Shown here: piece after piece, positions 36,379-49,378 of the stretch
Numbering within the stretch: position 1 is the stretch's first letter
How the letters are laid out: every line of letters starts with the position of its first letter
Assembly (NCBI RefSeq): GCF_963921235.1
Contig: NC_086104.1
Span: 21,700,001-21,764,000 of the forward strand
Length of the DNA: 64,000 nt
DNA from: Mobula hypostoma
Lineage: Eukaryota
Direction: 5' to 3'
Notes under the pieces: generated by a model
Seen by the model: only the letters and a program-made list of their open reading frames with translations
Database searches by the model: none
Told to the model about the DNA's origin: nothing
Position numbers and translations under genes: made by a program

Positions 36379-37784
36379 TATGTATTCTGATAATAACTTT
36401 ACTTTGAACTATGTTCTATGGTTTGATTAGATCTTCCATGCGTTTAGAGCATGAAAAATACAAGACAGGGTTTATAGGCAATTATTTACTACAAGGCAAA
36501 ATCTAACATCATGAATGGCTGTGATGCTTCACTCCCAGATAAGCTAAACACCTTTTACGCTCACATTGAAAGGGGGAATAAAACTACACCTGTGCAAATC
36601 CCTGCAGTATCTGAGACACTGTAATCTCTGTCTCAAAGGCCGATGTCAGAACATCTTTCACGAGGGTGAACCCTTGCAAATTGTCAGGCCTTGAAAATCT
36701 GTGCCATCTAACTGGCAGGAATGTTCAGGAACCTCATCAATCTCTCACGGCTGCTGTCAGAGATTCCCACCTGCTTCAAAAGGGTGACAATCATACAAGT
36801 GTCAAAGAGCAGGGTGAGCTGCCTCAATGTCTATTGCCCCATTGTACTCACATCTACTGTGATGAAGTACTTTGAGAGGTTGGTCATGGCCAGAATCAAC
36901 TCCTGCCTAAGCAAGGACGTGACCCACTGCAGATTGCCTATCTCCACAATAAGTGAACAGTGGTTGCAATCTGATTCATCTTGCTGAGAAAGAATCATTA
37001 AAGTATAGATCACAGGAGCTCAAACATCAATTAGATCCGGCTTTTTGAATAAATTAAGTACTCTGTCCTACTGATATAAATTTTCCATCACATAGCATTT
37101 TATCTGATTACTTATCCAATCACTTTTAGAAAGTAACTACTGAATCACCATTCCTCCGTCATTTCAGGAACTGTATTTAAGGTCTTCCATCGCCCGCTAA
37201 ATGCATAGATATCTTTCATTCCACTTCCAACCCACATTTACTGCCAGTTACCTTAAATGTTATTTTTAACATTTTAGAATACTTATTTTCACTTAAAAAT
37301 ATTTGTGTTATTGCTTAAAATTATAATTTACACTTTTGCTATACTGATTGATATATTAGTTCACATGACTAGAAATATTAAATTTTATTTTATATCTAAT
37401 TACATTTTTATTTAGATATCTACCTAGTGCAGAGGTGTAACTGGAAGAATATTTTGCCACATTGTAAAACTTCCTAAAGTTCCATGCCTTTTCCTCACAA
37501 ACTGATGTTCAAAGCCCAAATTTACAGACATAAATGCCGTTAAGCTTTAGCAGGCACTGAAAATTGATGGGGCTGATATAAAATTAGTATATTATATTGG
37601 TATATAGTTCATTGGTAGAGCTAAATTAAAATAAATAAATAATGTCAGACAGCTGTGTATCCATGACTTTGAATCGAAGCTGATGCAAAAGGAAGAAAGT
37701 GCATTTTAAATGCATTAATTCTAGCATATCCAAAACAAGACCACGCAATGTATTTTATTACTACTCATTTACTGTTTAAATTAC

Positions 37785-37853
37785 CTCGCAGTTTATGTGG
37801 ATCACTGAACAGAAGTTTCTGTTTAGGCTGCATCACAATGCTGTCTGTATTCC
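37785..37853 (-). CDS. CEBPZ: CEBPZ exon 8 (NTDSIVMQPKQKLLFSDPHKLR)
   Basis: cag/gtaatt boundaries; NTDS.VMQPK motif. Confidence 0.94.
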
Positions 37854-38133
37854 CTGCGAAAACAATTCACACCGTGAGAACAACACAATGTCATGAGAAT
37901 GCTACGAACTGAAAAATAAACAATAAAGGACAGAAAAAGATGAATAAATCCCATCAAGCTACAATAAATAAAATTCCAACAACTCAAAATTCAAATAATC
38001 ATTTGGTAAAGATGTAGAAAACTTCAGGCAACTTTAAAAAGTTTAGGAAATTCCTTATTGACTGGAACAGATTAAAGCCATTACGTGGCGTGCAAATGAA
38101 AGAAATATATAGGCTTTGAAAAAGACACCTGGA

Positions 38134-38430
38134 TGGGCCAGCCGGTGGTGCAACAACATCGGTGCCGGACCCGGGAGTGGAGGTTCCCGGGTTCGAAACT
38201 AGTCGGGTCCACCCCCGAATACGCTTTCCATCCGTGCCAGGTTGAGTGTCAAGATCGCAACTCGACCTCGTAAAATAAAGGGAAAATACTGCGAAAGTGT
38301 CTGTGTGAGGAGTGGTTCCCCACACAGTCTCTCTTTCGCTCCGCGCCTTGTAAAAAAAAGCCATGAAAAAGACATCATCACGGATACGCAGACACACACG
38401 CACAGACGCGCACACAGGCACACGCCAAAA
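38134..38430 (+). mobile_element. Young tRNA-derived SINE with A-tail and 15-bp TSD
   Basis: B-box GGTTCGAAAC at 38190-38199; CpG-rich; TSD aaaaagacacctgga at 38119-38133 and 38431-38445. Confidence 0.85.
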
Positions 38431-39000
38431 AAAAAGACACCTGGACAAATACTTTGTAAGTATGAATTCTTTCGAGATGTATGGTTACACAAAAATAATT
38501 CCTAATATCTATAAAATTTAGGGTAATAAAACATTAAAACAGGCCCTTCTGCCCACCTCTGTAAAATTATTGGTTCTTTAACAAAATGACAAGGTACAGT
38601 AATTTTAAGGTATTCATATACACTAATCTATTACCATTGGTGAGATATTCATGGTTTCCTCTGATCTGCTAGGAGACATCAGGACTATATGCTGTGTCAC
38701 TATACCATTCTTTGTATCATTATGCATTTTGTGTTAGTTAATAAGATTCTTCAAACAATTTTACATAGAGGTTATCTTGTCCAATGAAATATATTAATGA
38801 ATTTTAGAGTAACTAACCAACTGAAATACAAAAAACTATAAATCTCTTCTAAAAGTGATATAGTCTGCAATACCAAAACATGGAGCTGTAGAAATACATA
38901 CATTGCAAGTTCATAAGTCACCTTATTGATAGAATAACATGCATCATTTGAATAATGTGCAACAATAATTTATTTTGTTCAAATTACAGATGATGTTTAC

Positions 39001-39103
39001 CTTTGCCTTTCTGCTGTTTGGGATTTCTGTATACAAAGCGATCAAGAAACCTCATTAACGTGAAATCCTGAAGAGGGTCTCCAGAATATTGGATGTGATT
39101 ACC
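39001..39103 (-). CDS. CEBPZ: CEBPZ exon 7 ([34 protein letters not shown])
   Basis: Hallmark CBF/Mak21 motif [11 protein letters not shown]; tag/gtaaac boundaries. Confidence 0.97.
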
Positions 39104-40060
39104 CTACAAGTAGATTATACAAGCAATGTTTATTTTTTCAACTTGTACAACAAATGCCAAAAAATTGGAGAGTGGACCACATGGTCTTTTAAGCCTCCTC
39201 TACCATTCAATATAATAATGGCTCATCTGCCCCAGGCCTCAACTCCTTGCTACCAGCTACAGATAGCTTTCAACTCCCAATCTTTTAATCATCTTTAACT
39301 ATCTCCAATGATCCAAGGACTTAGCCAAGTGAATCTCCTCAGGACCACCTCTTCTGCTAGTATATCCTTTTAAAAAAAGATCAAAACTGTGCACAGTACT
39401 CCCGGTGTAGCGTCAGCAGAAATACTTCTAGGTTTTTAAACTCCAAACCCCTTGCAATATAGCCAATGTGCAATTTGCCTTCTAACAGTTCGTTGCACTT
39501 TCATGCTAAATCTTTGTACTTCATGCACAACACCTAGGTTCCCTGTACACCACTCTTTTGCAATCTCCCTCCATTTTGATAATAGTCTTTTGATTTGCCC
39601 TTACTGAAGCACATGACCCACAATTCTCTGGACTAAATTCCATTTGACATGTTTTTGGTCTCTCAATCTACATCCTGTTTCAGATTCCTTTGTTCTACCT
39701 CAATGCAGTTTAATGATCTGATCTGTACGAACAGCACGCAAGGCAAGTTTTTCACTGTACCTTGGTACATTGTGATGATGATAAACCAATTCTGATACCT
39801 ACATTCAAATAACCCATTTTCATATCAACAGTAAAGTTGAATACGTTATATTCTGCTCCCCCATACTCATTAAAAAGATAGGAAATATTTGAGGGCCAAT
39901 AACCCATCCTTGAGATACTCTGATAATTCAGCTTTGAAAAGATGCATTTATTTCACTTAGTCCTCTATATGATATGTAGCCTTCAATGCTACCCTTAACA
40001 GCACAAGCTCTTATCTTACTCATCAACCTTTACTGCAAGAGGTTATCAAATACAGGAATT

Positions 40061-42182
40061 GGATCTAGTGCTTTCCCGGTATATATGACAAATAAACTCT
40101 TCTCGGTCTTCCAGCCAGGTATAGGCATTGATTTTAACTGATGTTTTGATGACAAACTTTGCCAACTTCATCAGAGATGATGCCTGGGCATATCTAATCT
40201 GACGGTGTTTATACCCCCATCGTTTGTCCCTTCTTATTGGTTAGTCCCATCCAATCAGGTTTACAACGTCCCACGCTGTTTACAATAGAATTCCAACACT
40301 CACTTACTGTAGTTTTATTTCAATTACTTCCTTCACCAGGCGGCCCCAAAAGCCATTAGTGCAGCTTAGTAGTTTTGTGCTGTCGAAATCAATAATATGG
40401 CCATTGTGAATTCAATGTTCTTCTACCGCCAATTTTTCCAGGTAACCCAAATGGATACACCTCCTGTGCTCCTTGATGCAGGTTTCCACCGTGCACCCTG
40501 TCAGGCTGATATATGCTACTCCGTATTCATGGGGAATCCTGTAAATGCCAGCTGTCCCGAGTCCCAGGTTATCTTTGATCCGGATAAGCTGTGATTTGAG
40601 CTTTCTTATGCGTTTGTGGATGGCATTAATCTGATGAATTTCTTCAGGCTCCTAGTGATCCTTCTAGAACCTGTGTAAATATAGGGAAGACATATCCCTT
40701 GTTGCCCTAACCAATCAGGAAACTATCAACCTCTGCTTCAAATATACCCATGGACTTGGCCTCCACTGCAGTCTGTGGCAGAGTATTCTTCAGATTCACT
40801 ACTATCTGGCTAAAAAAAAAATTCCCCTTACCTCTGTTCTAAAAGGACACCCTCAATTTTGAGGCTGTGCCCCCTAGTTCTGGATACCCTCTCCACTGGA
40901 AACATCCTCCCCACGTGCACCTTATCTAGCCCTTTCAAAATTCGGTAGGTTTCAATGAGATTCCCCGCACATTCTTCTAAATTCCAGTGAGTACAGGCCC
41001 AAAGCTGACAAACACTCCTCATATGTTAACTCCGTCATTCCCGGAATCATCTTCGTGAACCTACTCTGGATTCTCTTCAATGACAACACATCCTTTCTAA
41101 GATATGAGGACCAAAACTGTTGACAATACTCCAAGTGTGGCCTGACTAGTGTCCTATAAAGCCTCAGCATCATCTCCTTGTTTTTATATCCTACTCCCCT
41201 TGAAATAAATGCCAACATTGCATTTACCTTCTTTAACACAGACTCAACCTCTGAATTAACCTTCTGGGAGTCATGCTCAAGGACTCCCAGTCCCTTTGCA
41301 CCTGTCATGTTTGAATTTTCTTCCCACTTAGATAATATTCTGTACTATTGTTCCTTTTACCAAATTGCATTATCATACATTTCAAAGTATAAAGAACCAC
41401 TCTACATTGGTAGGCGTGATGGTGGTTGTTATTCTACAGAATCCCTGCAGAATTCCTCTAAGATGGCTACAAGGTGAAGCAAATCAATCGGGCCCTTAAA
41501 GGGGCCAACGGAAAAACCAGGAAACCTAACAATGAGGAGGAACTCGTCACTACCGCCTGTCTTCCCTACATTTCTACGGTTTCTGGAAGGATTGTCAGGA
41601 TCCTGAAGAAATACCACCCATAAACCCATAAGGAAGTTCAAATCACGGCTTAGGCAGATCAAAGATGACCTGGAACTCAGGACAGCTGGCGTTTACCGGA
41701 TTCCTTGCGAATATGGAACAGCATATATCGGCCAGACAGGACTCACAGTGCAAATCTGCATCAAGGAGCACAGGAGGTGTATCCATTTGGGTCACCTGGA
41801 GAAATCAGTGCTAGAAGAACATTGAACAGTGCTAGAAGGCCATAGGGTTGACTTCAACAGCACAAAACTACTGTGCCACGCCAGTGGCTTTTGGGACTGC
41901 CTGGTGAACAATGCCATTGAAATAAAACTAGAGGAAAAGAATTTTCACAAAGACAAAGGCTCTAAGTAAGAACTAGAATTTGATTGTAAGCAAGGTGGTA
42001 GAGCGAAAAGCTGATTGGATGAGGACTAACCAATAAGGAGGGACGGATGATGGCGGTATAAATACCACTGGGCTAGACATACCCAGACATCATGCCTGAT
42101 GAAGATGGCAGAGTTTGTTATCAAAATATCAGTTAAAAATCGATACCTGTATCCAGATGGAAGCCCGAGAAGAGTCTATTTG
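40061..42182 (+). mobile_element. Second PLE family (Penelope/Poseidon-type GIY-YIG) with an inverted 5' copy, a nested CR1 (~40690-41385) and a 13-bp TSD
   Basis: GVYRIPCEYGTAYIGQTG..IKEHRRC; pLTR 40085-40260 is the reverse complement of 42010-42182; TSD aaatacaggaatt at 40048-40060 and 42183-42195. Confidence 0.8.
40690..41385 (-). mobile_element. CR1 LINE 3' fragment
   Basis: LRLYRTLVRPHLEYCQQFWSSYLRKD. Confidence 0.85.
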
Positions 42183-42798
42183 AAATACAGGAATTATTTC
42201 TCTAACACAAGGAATTCTGCAGATGCTGGGAATTCAAGCAACACACATCAAATTTGCTGGTGAATGCAGCAGGCCAGGCAGCATCTCTAGGAAGAGGTAC
42301 AGTCGACGTTTCAGGCCGAGACCCTCTAAATTCACTTCATTTGAAAAATTCTGAAAGTAGTTTAAAGTGCAATCACTCAACAGATTCAATATCATTATTT
42401 AAACAAATCTTTAAGGGAAGGAAGTTGCCATAATTGCTGGCAAAATCCCTGGATGACAGAAGTGATAATCTTCCAATACTGAAGAGTGACAATTAACCTC
42501 CACATGAAATGCTACATGTCAACTGGACTTGTTATAACCTCTTGGTTGTGTCAAATGATCTGATGAAACAAACATAAAGGTGCTTTTACAACCTTTAGAT
42601 CTGCAATTTTCATTAAGAAAATAAAAGTGAAAACAGGGAAAAACACTGATGTGATTATTTAGCAACCATAGCAACAACTCTAAATGGCACTTTATACAGA
42701 AACACTGTATAACGTAACACTGCTTAACTATCTTGTTGATGGAAAGTACACAAAAGAGACACAAAAACAGCAAATCATACAAACCACATGTACATCAC

Positions 42799-42852
42799 CT
42801 GCAGGATAGTTGTTGCAAAGAGAGCCACCGATGGATGGAAATGTTCACTCAA
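42799..42852 (-). CDS. CEBPZ: CEBPZ exon 6 (LSEHFHPSVALFATTILQ)
   Basis: Conserved HFHPSVALFA; tag/gtgatg boundaries. Confidence 0.97.
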
Positions 42853-43094
42853 CTAGGTGAAAGAAAATATAATAAAATACAAGTTGTTATTACAGTTAAA
42901 AACTTCCCTGTTGCCGATGATTTAAAAGCATAATCATCAAATAATCTGAATACTTCAAGAGCATTTTGGTGACTTGTGCAAATGATTGAGCTATCTACTT
43001 ATGAGAGGATTAGACACATCTGAAGTATCAAAAAAGTATGGTTTTGCCAATTCAAATGCTATTAATGCCAGGCACCAGATTACATTCGGCTCAA

Positions 43095-44660
43095 TATGCA
43101 CAATGTGCTGGAGGACCTCAGCGGGTCAGGCAGCATCTATGGATGGGAATAAGTAGTCGATGTTTCGGGGAAGGGAGGCAAAGTGGCAAGTGATAGGTGA
43201 AACCATACGAGGGAGAAAGGGTGAAGTAAAGAGCTGGGAAGTTGATTTAGTAGAAGTAGTCCTTCTCCAGCCCTTTAAGGAGGAACCTGATAGGAGAGGG
43301 CACAAGACCATGAAATAAAGGGAAGGGGAGGAGCACCAGAGGGAGCTGATGGGCATACAAGAAGAAAAGGTTAGAGAGGGAAAGAATTGAGAATGGTGAA
43401 GGAAGGGGGGGGGGGAAGAAGGGTAATTACCAGAAGTTTGAGAAATGTTCATGCCATCAGGTTGGAGGCTACCCAGATAAGGTGTTGCTCTTTCAACTGA
43501 ATGTGGCCTCATTGTGGTAGTTGAGGAGGCCATGGACTAACATGTTGAAATGGGAATGGGAAGTAGAGATGAAATGGGAAATCCTGCTTTTTGTGACAGA
43601 CGCAGCGAAGGGCTCAACAAAGCAGTCTCCCAATCTATGCTGGATATCACCAATATACAGAAGGCCACATCGAGAGCACCAGATGCTGCAGATGACCCCA
43701 ACAGACTTGCAGGTGAAGTGGCACCTCACCTGGAAGGACTGTTTGGGGCCTGATTGGTAGTGAGGGTGGAGGTATAGGGACAGGTGTGGCACTTCTTCCA
43801 TTTGCAAGGGAGGGAGATCAGTGGGAGGGGAACAATCCCTGTGGAAAGCGGAAAGTGGGGGGGGGTTTGGAAGGGAACGACGTGCTTGGTGGTGGGATCC
43901 CGTTGGTAATGGTGGAAATTACAGAGAAATACGTGCTGGATTCAGAGGCTGGTGGGGTGGTAGGTGAGGACATTAGAAACCCTATCCCTGGTATGGCAGC
44001 AGGAGGGTGGGATGTGGGCAGATGTGCGCGAAATGGAAGAGATGTGGGTGAGGGTAGCTTTAATGGTGGAGGAAGGGAAGCCCCTTTCTTTGAAGGAGGA
44101 CATGTCAGTTATTCTGGAATGAAAAGCCTCATCCTGAGAACAGATGCAGCAGAAACTGAGGAACTGAGAAAAGGGAATGGCATTTTTACAAGTGACAGAG
44201 TGGGAAGACGTATAGTCAAAGCTGTGAGAGTTAGTGGGTTTATAAAATATATCAGTATTTAGACTGCCTCCAGAGTTGGAGACAGACAGATCGAGAAAGG
44301 GGTGAGATGGACCAAGTAAGTCTGAGGGCAAGGTGGAAGATGGAGGCAAAGATAATGAAATTGACAAGCCCAGCATTGGTGCAGGAAAAAGCTCCAATGC
44401 ATTTGTCAATGCAGCATAGGAAGAGCTGCGGAGCAATGCTGGTTTAAGCGTGGAATGTGGACTGTTCCACGTAGCCAATGAAAAGGTAGGCACAGCTGGA
44501 GCCTGTGTCAACACCCATGGCTACAACTTGGGTTTGAGGGAAGTGGGTGGAGCCAAAGGAGAAATTGTTAAGGGTGAGGATCAGTTCTGCCAGATGGAGA
44601 TGGGGAAAAGGTTGGTTCTGTTGTCCAAAAAGAAGTGGAGAGCTTTAAGGCCCCCTTGAT
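43095..44660 (-). mobile_element. Decayed Neptune-type PLE (RT + GIY-YIG + pLTR)
   Basis: FLDLSVS..FYKPTNSHS; VICSIWCSRCGLLYIGD. Confidence 0.85.
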
Positions 44661-46303
44661 GGGGGGCCATAGTGATCACCTAATAAGCAGCCTGGGTACG
44701 AGGGGCAGAATTAAACCAAATAGGAATTAGGAAAGAAAGAAACAAGAGACTGCAGATGCTGAAATATAGAACAAAAACAATCCACTGGAGCTCTGCAGGT
44801 CCAGAAGCCTGTGTAGAGGGACATGGGCAGTTAAGCTTTGGGTTCTGGGAATGAAAGGGTTATTATATGAGGAGTATTTGATAGCTCTGGGCCTGTACTT
44901 GCTGCAATTTAGAAGGACAAGGGATGGGGATCTCACTGAAAGGTCTAGATAGGGTGGATGTAAAGGAGGATGTTTCCTATAATGGGTAGTCTAGGACCAG
45001 AAGGCACAACCTCAGAATGAGGAATGTCCATTTAGAACAGAGATGAGGAGGATTTTCTTTAGCTCAAGGGTGGTGAATATGTGGAATTTGTTGCACAAGA
45101 GGCCCGGTCATTAAGTGTATTTAAGGCGGAGATTGAAAGTTTCTTGATTAATCAAAGGGCAGGAGAATGGGATTGAGATGGAAAATGAATCTGCCATGAT
45201 GAAATAGTGAGCACACTCACTGGGTAAATGGCCCAGTTCTGCTCCCATCTCTTATAGTCTCATCCATATGCCATCTTGACCACACTATCTACCTGCTCCA
45301 CCACCCTCAGGGATCTTTGGACCTGTACACCAAGCCTAATACTCCCCATTCAAGTTGCACGATCCAGTCTCATAAGTACTCCCAAAATGCATCACTTCAC
45401 ACTTTTCAGGATTAAACTGCACCTGTGATTTCTCAGCTCATTTTATTAACACACTGATATCACCCTGCAGCCTATGGCTACCCACCACACTGTCGACCAA
45501 CCTGTCAGCATAAACACTGATTTATCTAGCCTGGTAATTTCTCCCCCCCTCCCACTCCCCTCTTTTTCAATACCCCATTCTCACTCCCCTCTTGCCCCTT
45601 CACTTCTGCTCACCTGCCCATCACTTCCCACTGGTGCCACTCCTCCTTCCCTTTCTCCCATGGTCACTCTCCTCTCCTATCAGATTCCTTCTTCTTCAAA
45701 TCTTTTCTTTTTCTACCTATCATCTCTAAGCTTTTCACTTCATCCCACCTTCTCCTGGCTTCACCTGCCAGCAGGTACAACTTCCCCTCTCCCACCCCCA
45801 CCTTCTTGTTCTGGCTTCTTCACACTTCCTTTCCAGTGCTGATGAAGGGTCTCGGCCCAGAATGTCAATTGTTATTCCCCTCCATAAATGCTGTCCGACC
45901 TGCTGATTTCCTCCATCATTTTCTGAGTTGCTCTGGACTTCCAGAATCCGTAGAATCTCATGCTTACATTGTGAACCAATCTTAGTGTTACGTGCAAACA
46001 TACCGATCAAGCCTCCTGCTTCCACATAAAAACAACTGGTTTATGCACGTGACAAACAGTAACAGCCCCGACACTGATTCTTGTGGGACACCATTATCAG
46101 AGATGTCCAACTACTAAAGCAACATCTTGGCATCATCCTCTGACTCCTGCTGCTAAGCCAATACTAAACCCAATTTATCAACTTGCCCTGGATCCCATGC
46201 ATCCTCATCTTCTGAACCAGTATCTCATATTTAGAGTTTTACTTTTCAAAAAAAAAAGTTACCAGCTGCACATGATCACATAACAGTAAACAAGATATTT
46301 TAC

Positions 46304-46392
46304 CTTTCTCAATTCCCAGAGACCCGCATGGTCTGCTCCACAAGAGAGGGGATTCCTGTGGAGTGGATCGTAGGTTCCTAGACTCTTTCCAC
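46304..46392 (-). CDS. CEBPZ: CEBPZ exon 5 (GKSLGTYDPLHRNPLSCGADHAGLWELRK)
   Basis: YDP..RNPL.CGA..LWEL motif; tag/gtaaaa boundaries. Confidence 0.96.
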
Positions 46393-46794
46393 CTATAACA
46401 AAGAGTAGAGCTCAATAGCGGTATTTTGCCCACTTCCATAAACTGCAAACAGATTGAAATTTGAATGGCAACCTCACAATTGGGATGCTAAACTTTATGA
46501 ATAGTTAACCTCTATCACTAAGGAAGCCTCTGCTGGATTTTGCCTAACAAAGTACAAAGAATATATTAATACAATTCAACAGAGAGTCACAATTGTACAA
46601 GTCCTGGCAGAGGACTTGAACCTGCAGTCAACTCTAATCTGATTCATACATAGCCTTTTGAATAGGGTGTCACGGGTCAGTAATGTGAATCCTGGTTGGG
46701 TGACATGTAGATAAAGATTTTATTCTTGCATCCAGTAAAGCAAAATAATGAAAAACTTACAATACTGAACATTTTGCCTATCCATATAATTTAC

Positions 46795-47008
46795 CTTCTT
46801 GATTTTTGTGGTGCAACCATGACACAGAGACAGTTGATTCAGGCTTTTTGGCTGCAGTTGTATTCTGAACAATGCTTTCTTCTACTTTGTTAGCATTGCC
46901 ACATTTTTCCCCTTCATGCAATTTGTTCACCATATTCTCTTCATTAAGATCTTCAGATTTATCTTCACTGTCATCAACATCTCTAAAATCTTCCTCTTCA
47001 TCAGATTC
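46795..47008 (-). CDS. CEBPZ: CEBPZ exon 4 (ESDEEEDFRDVDD...SWLHHKNQE)
   Basis: Open 214 nt; aag/gtaaat boundaries; ESD.EE.F.D and SW.H motifs. Confidence 0.94.
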
Positions 47009-47651
47009 CTTAGTAGAAAATATTTGGCAACTTTAAATATTATCCAAGCATTACTAGCTCACAGTCTATAATTTTAGCTGTCATACATGAAATGCAATAT
47101 TTGAAGAATAAAAGATTACTGTTACAAAATACCAAAGATTTCGTTTCTTTCTCTTCTACAGATGCTAATCAAGCTGCAGTTACATGTCTATCAATTTCAA
47201 TATTACTGCTGTTCCGATTGGTAACGTTTGATCACAACACAGAATAGAAGCACCTCATCATTGATGAGTTATCTCAGTACGGTGTAGGAATCATAACCTT
47301 TCTTATTAGTGTATTATAGTTGCAGGTTAGCACAGATTACAAAAATTCCACATATTATAACCAAACTTAAAATATCTAAGTTTAATTTAGGAATTGCCTG
47401 AAGTAAACTAATATTTTCCACTTCATTTGAACTCTGCTTTTTTTTCCCCATTATTACATTGCAAATGAGCATTTAATATCCTTTTAGTTACATTTCAATG
47501 TACTTAAGTATACAAAATGTTGTATAATTTCTTTCTATGCTCATTTGACTTAATGCTGATTTCTACTAAGATACAGGACCATGCCTTCTCTATTAATGTA
47601 GAACACTATATTAAAGAACAGAATAGATTGGTGAAATAGTAGAAGCTATAC

Positions 47652-47883
47652 CCAATGTTCTTTTAAGAGTGCTTGAACACCTGGCTTCAGCTTCAAAATC
47701 TCAGAAATAAGGAAGAGGGCTCCACATATAAACGCTGGCGTCTGGCCACAAGTAGCCTGCAGGATCCTTTTTATAAATGCTTTGATGCGACGAAGCACAA
47801 TGTCAGACTTCAAAGATTTGTACAGCAAGTTTAGAAACATTGCTTGTTTAGAACTTTGTGCCAGTCCTGGATCCAACAGTTTC
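47652..47883 (-). CDS. CEBPZ: CEBPZ exon 3 (KLLDPGL..MFLNLLYKSLKSDIVLRRIKAFIKRILQ..)
   Basis: CBF/Mak21 domain; cag/gtatag boundaries. Confidence 0.97.
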
Positions 47884-49378
47884 CTGCAAAAGATAGGAGG
47901 TTTTTAAATCATCTACAAAATTACATTAATACTGGTTTCAAGCATATTGAATGATAGAAGAGACAAGACTATTACTAAATCTCTGTAACCAGAACTATCA
48001 TCGTTGACTGTGGTAGCATACTATAGACTAGCATCTAGACATTTAGACCATTAATTTTGAGAAGAACTTGAAGGCAGTCATGGAATTTAAATTCAAGTCA
48101 TTAAGTAAATCTGAAATTTAAAAAAACTATAGTCAGTAATGATAGCTATGAATCTGCCTAAATATTGTAAAACCCTAACCGATTCACCAATATCCTTCAG
48201 TGTATGAATATTCAGTATGTCCCTCAAGAGACTTCAGGCCCACCAGGTTGTTGACTCTCAGTTCAACAGTTAGGGTTGCACAATAAATGCAGGCATTGCC
48301 AGTAACACCCACATCACCTTAATAACTGATGTAAATCAACCTTCTTTATATTGTTCTATAGCCATCTCATCAAATTTCCATTCAAAAGAATACCTCCAGC
48401 ACCCCAATTTATATTATTAAATTCTTTAAATTTCTCAATTTATTGATTTTTGTAACTTATTGTAATTTTTATATTTTGTTTGATATGGCTGCTATAGAAC
48501 AACAAATTTCACAACATACAGAACGACAACGATAATTAATAAATATCAACTATGACACATATACTAGTGATTGTTTAATAAATAATATTAAATTAAATGC
48601 AGCATTAAATGATGTTGCACACAGGAAACCAATATTAACAGATTACATAGAATACACTGGTCATTGAGCCCCAAATGTCTGTGTTGCTGTTAAGAGTCAA
48701 CCAAACTCTTCCAATCTTTAGAAACCAATACAGCTGAAAGCTCTCGGCCTGAAACGTCGACTGTGCTCTTTTCCATAGATGCTGCCTGGCCTGCTGTGTT
48801 CCTCCAGCATTTTGTGTGTGTTGCTCAGATTTCCAGCATCTGCAGATTTTCTTTTGCTTGTGATTGGAATACATAAAATATACCACATTTATGCAATGCG
48901 TCTATAATGTCGCCCTAATGTTTTGCTTCTTGTTTTAAACCTTCCATAGATTTGAGCAACTTTCAAAATAATTACATACTCCAACATCTATCTTCTGGGG
49001 AGTGGGGGAGTGTCGAGTTAGTGTCAAATCAGATGGATTAATTTTACAGTCACCATAAGCTGTTGTTATTTGCAATAGCCTACTTCTTTCAACATCAGTA
49101 TTGCTGTTCTAAATTAAGTGCAAAATGTGCCTGTGACGTGAAGGCAGTGTACAGAGACACCCCCTCTTGTTTCTTCTTTTCAATCACCCTTATTTCAGCA
49201 GCTGTCATATTTATTTTTCACATTCTTGTGTAACCCAAAAGGAGAACGAATGCAGGCACTTCTTCTTTAACACTCAGTTATACCCATAAGAAAACGCATC
49301 TTATAAAAAGTTGCATTTTAGCAGCATAGGCTGTAGTTGCCTTCAAAGAACAGAATTAAACAGGTTTTCCCCATCTTG

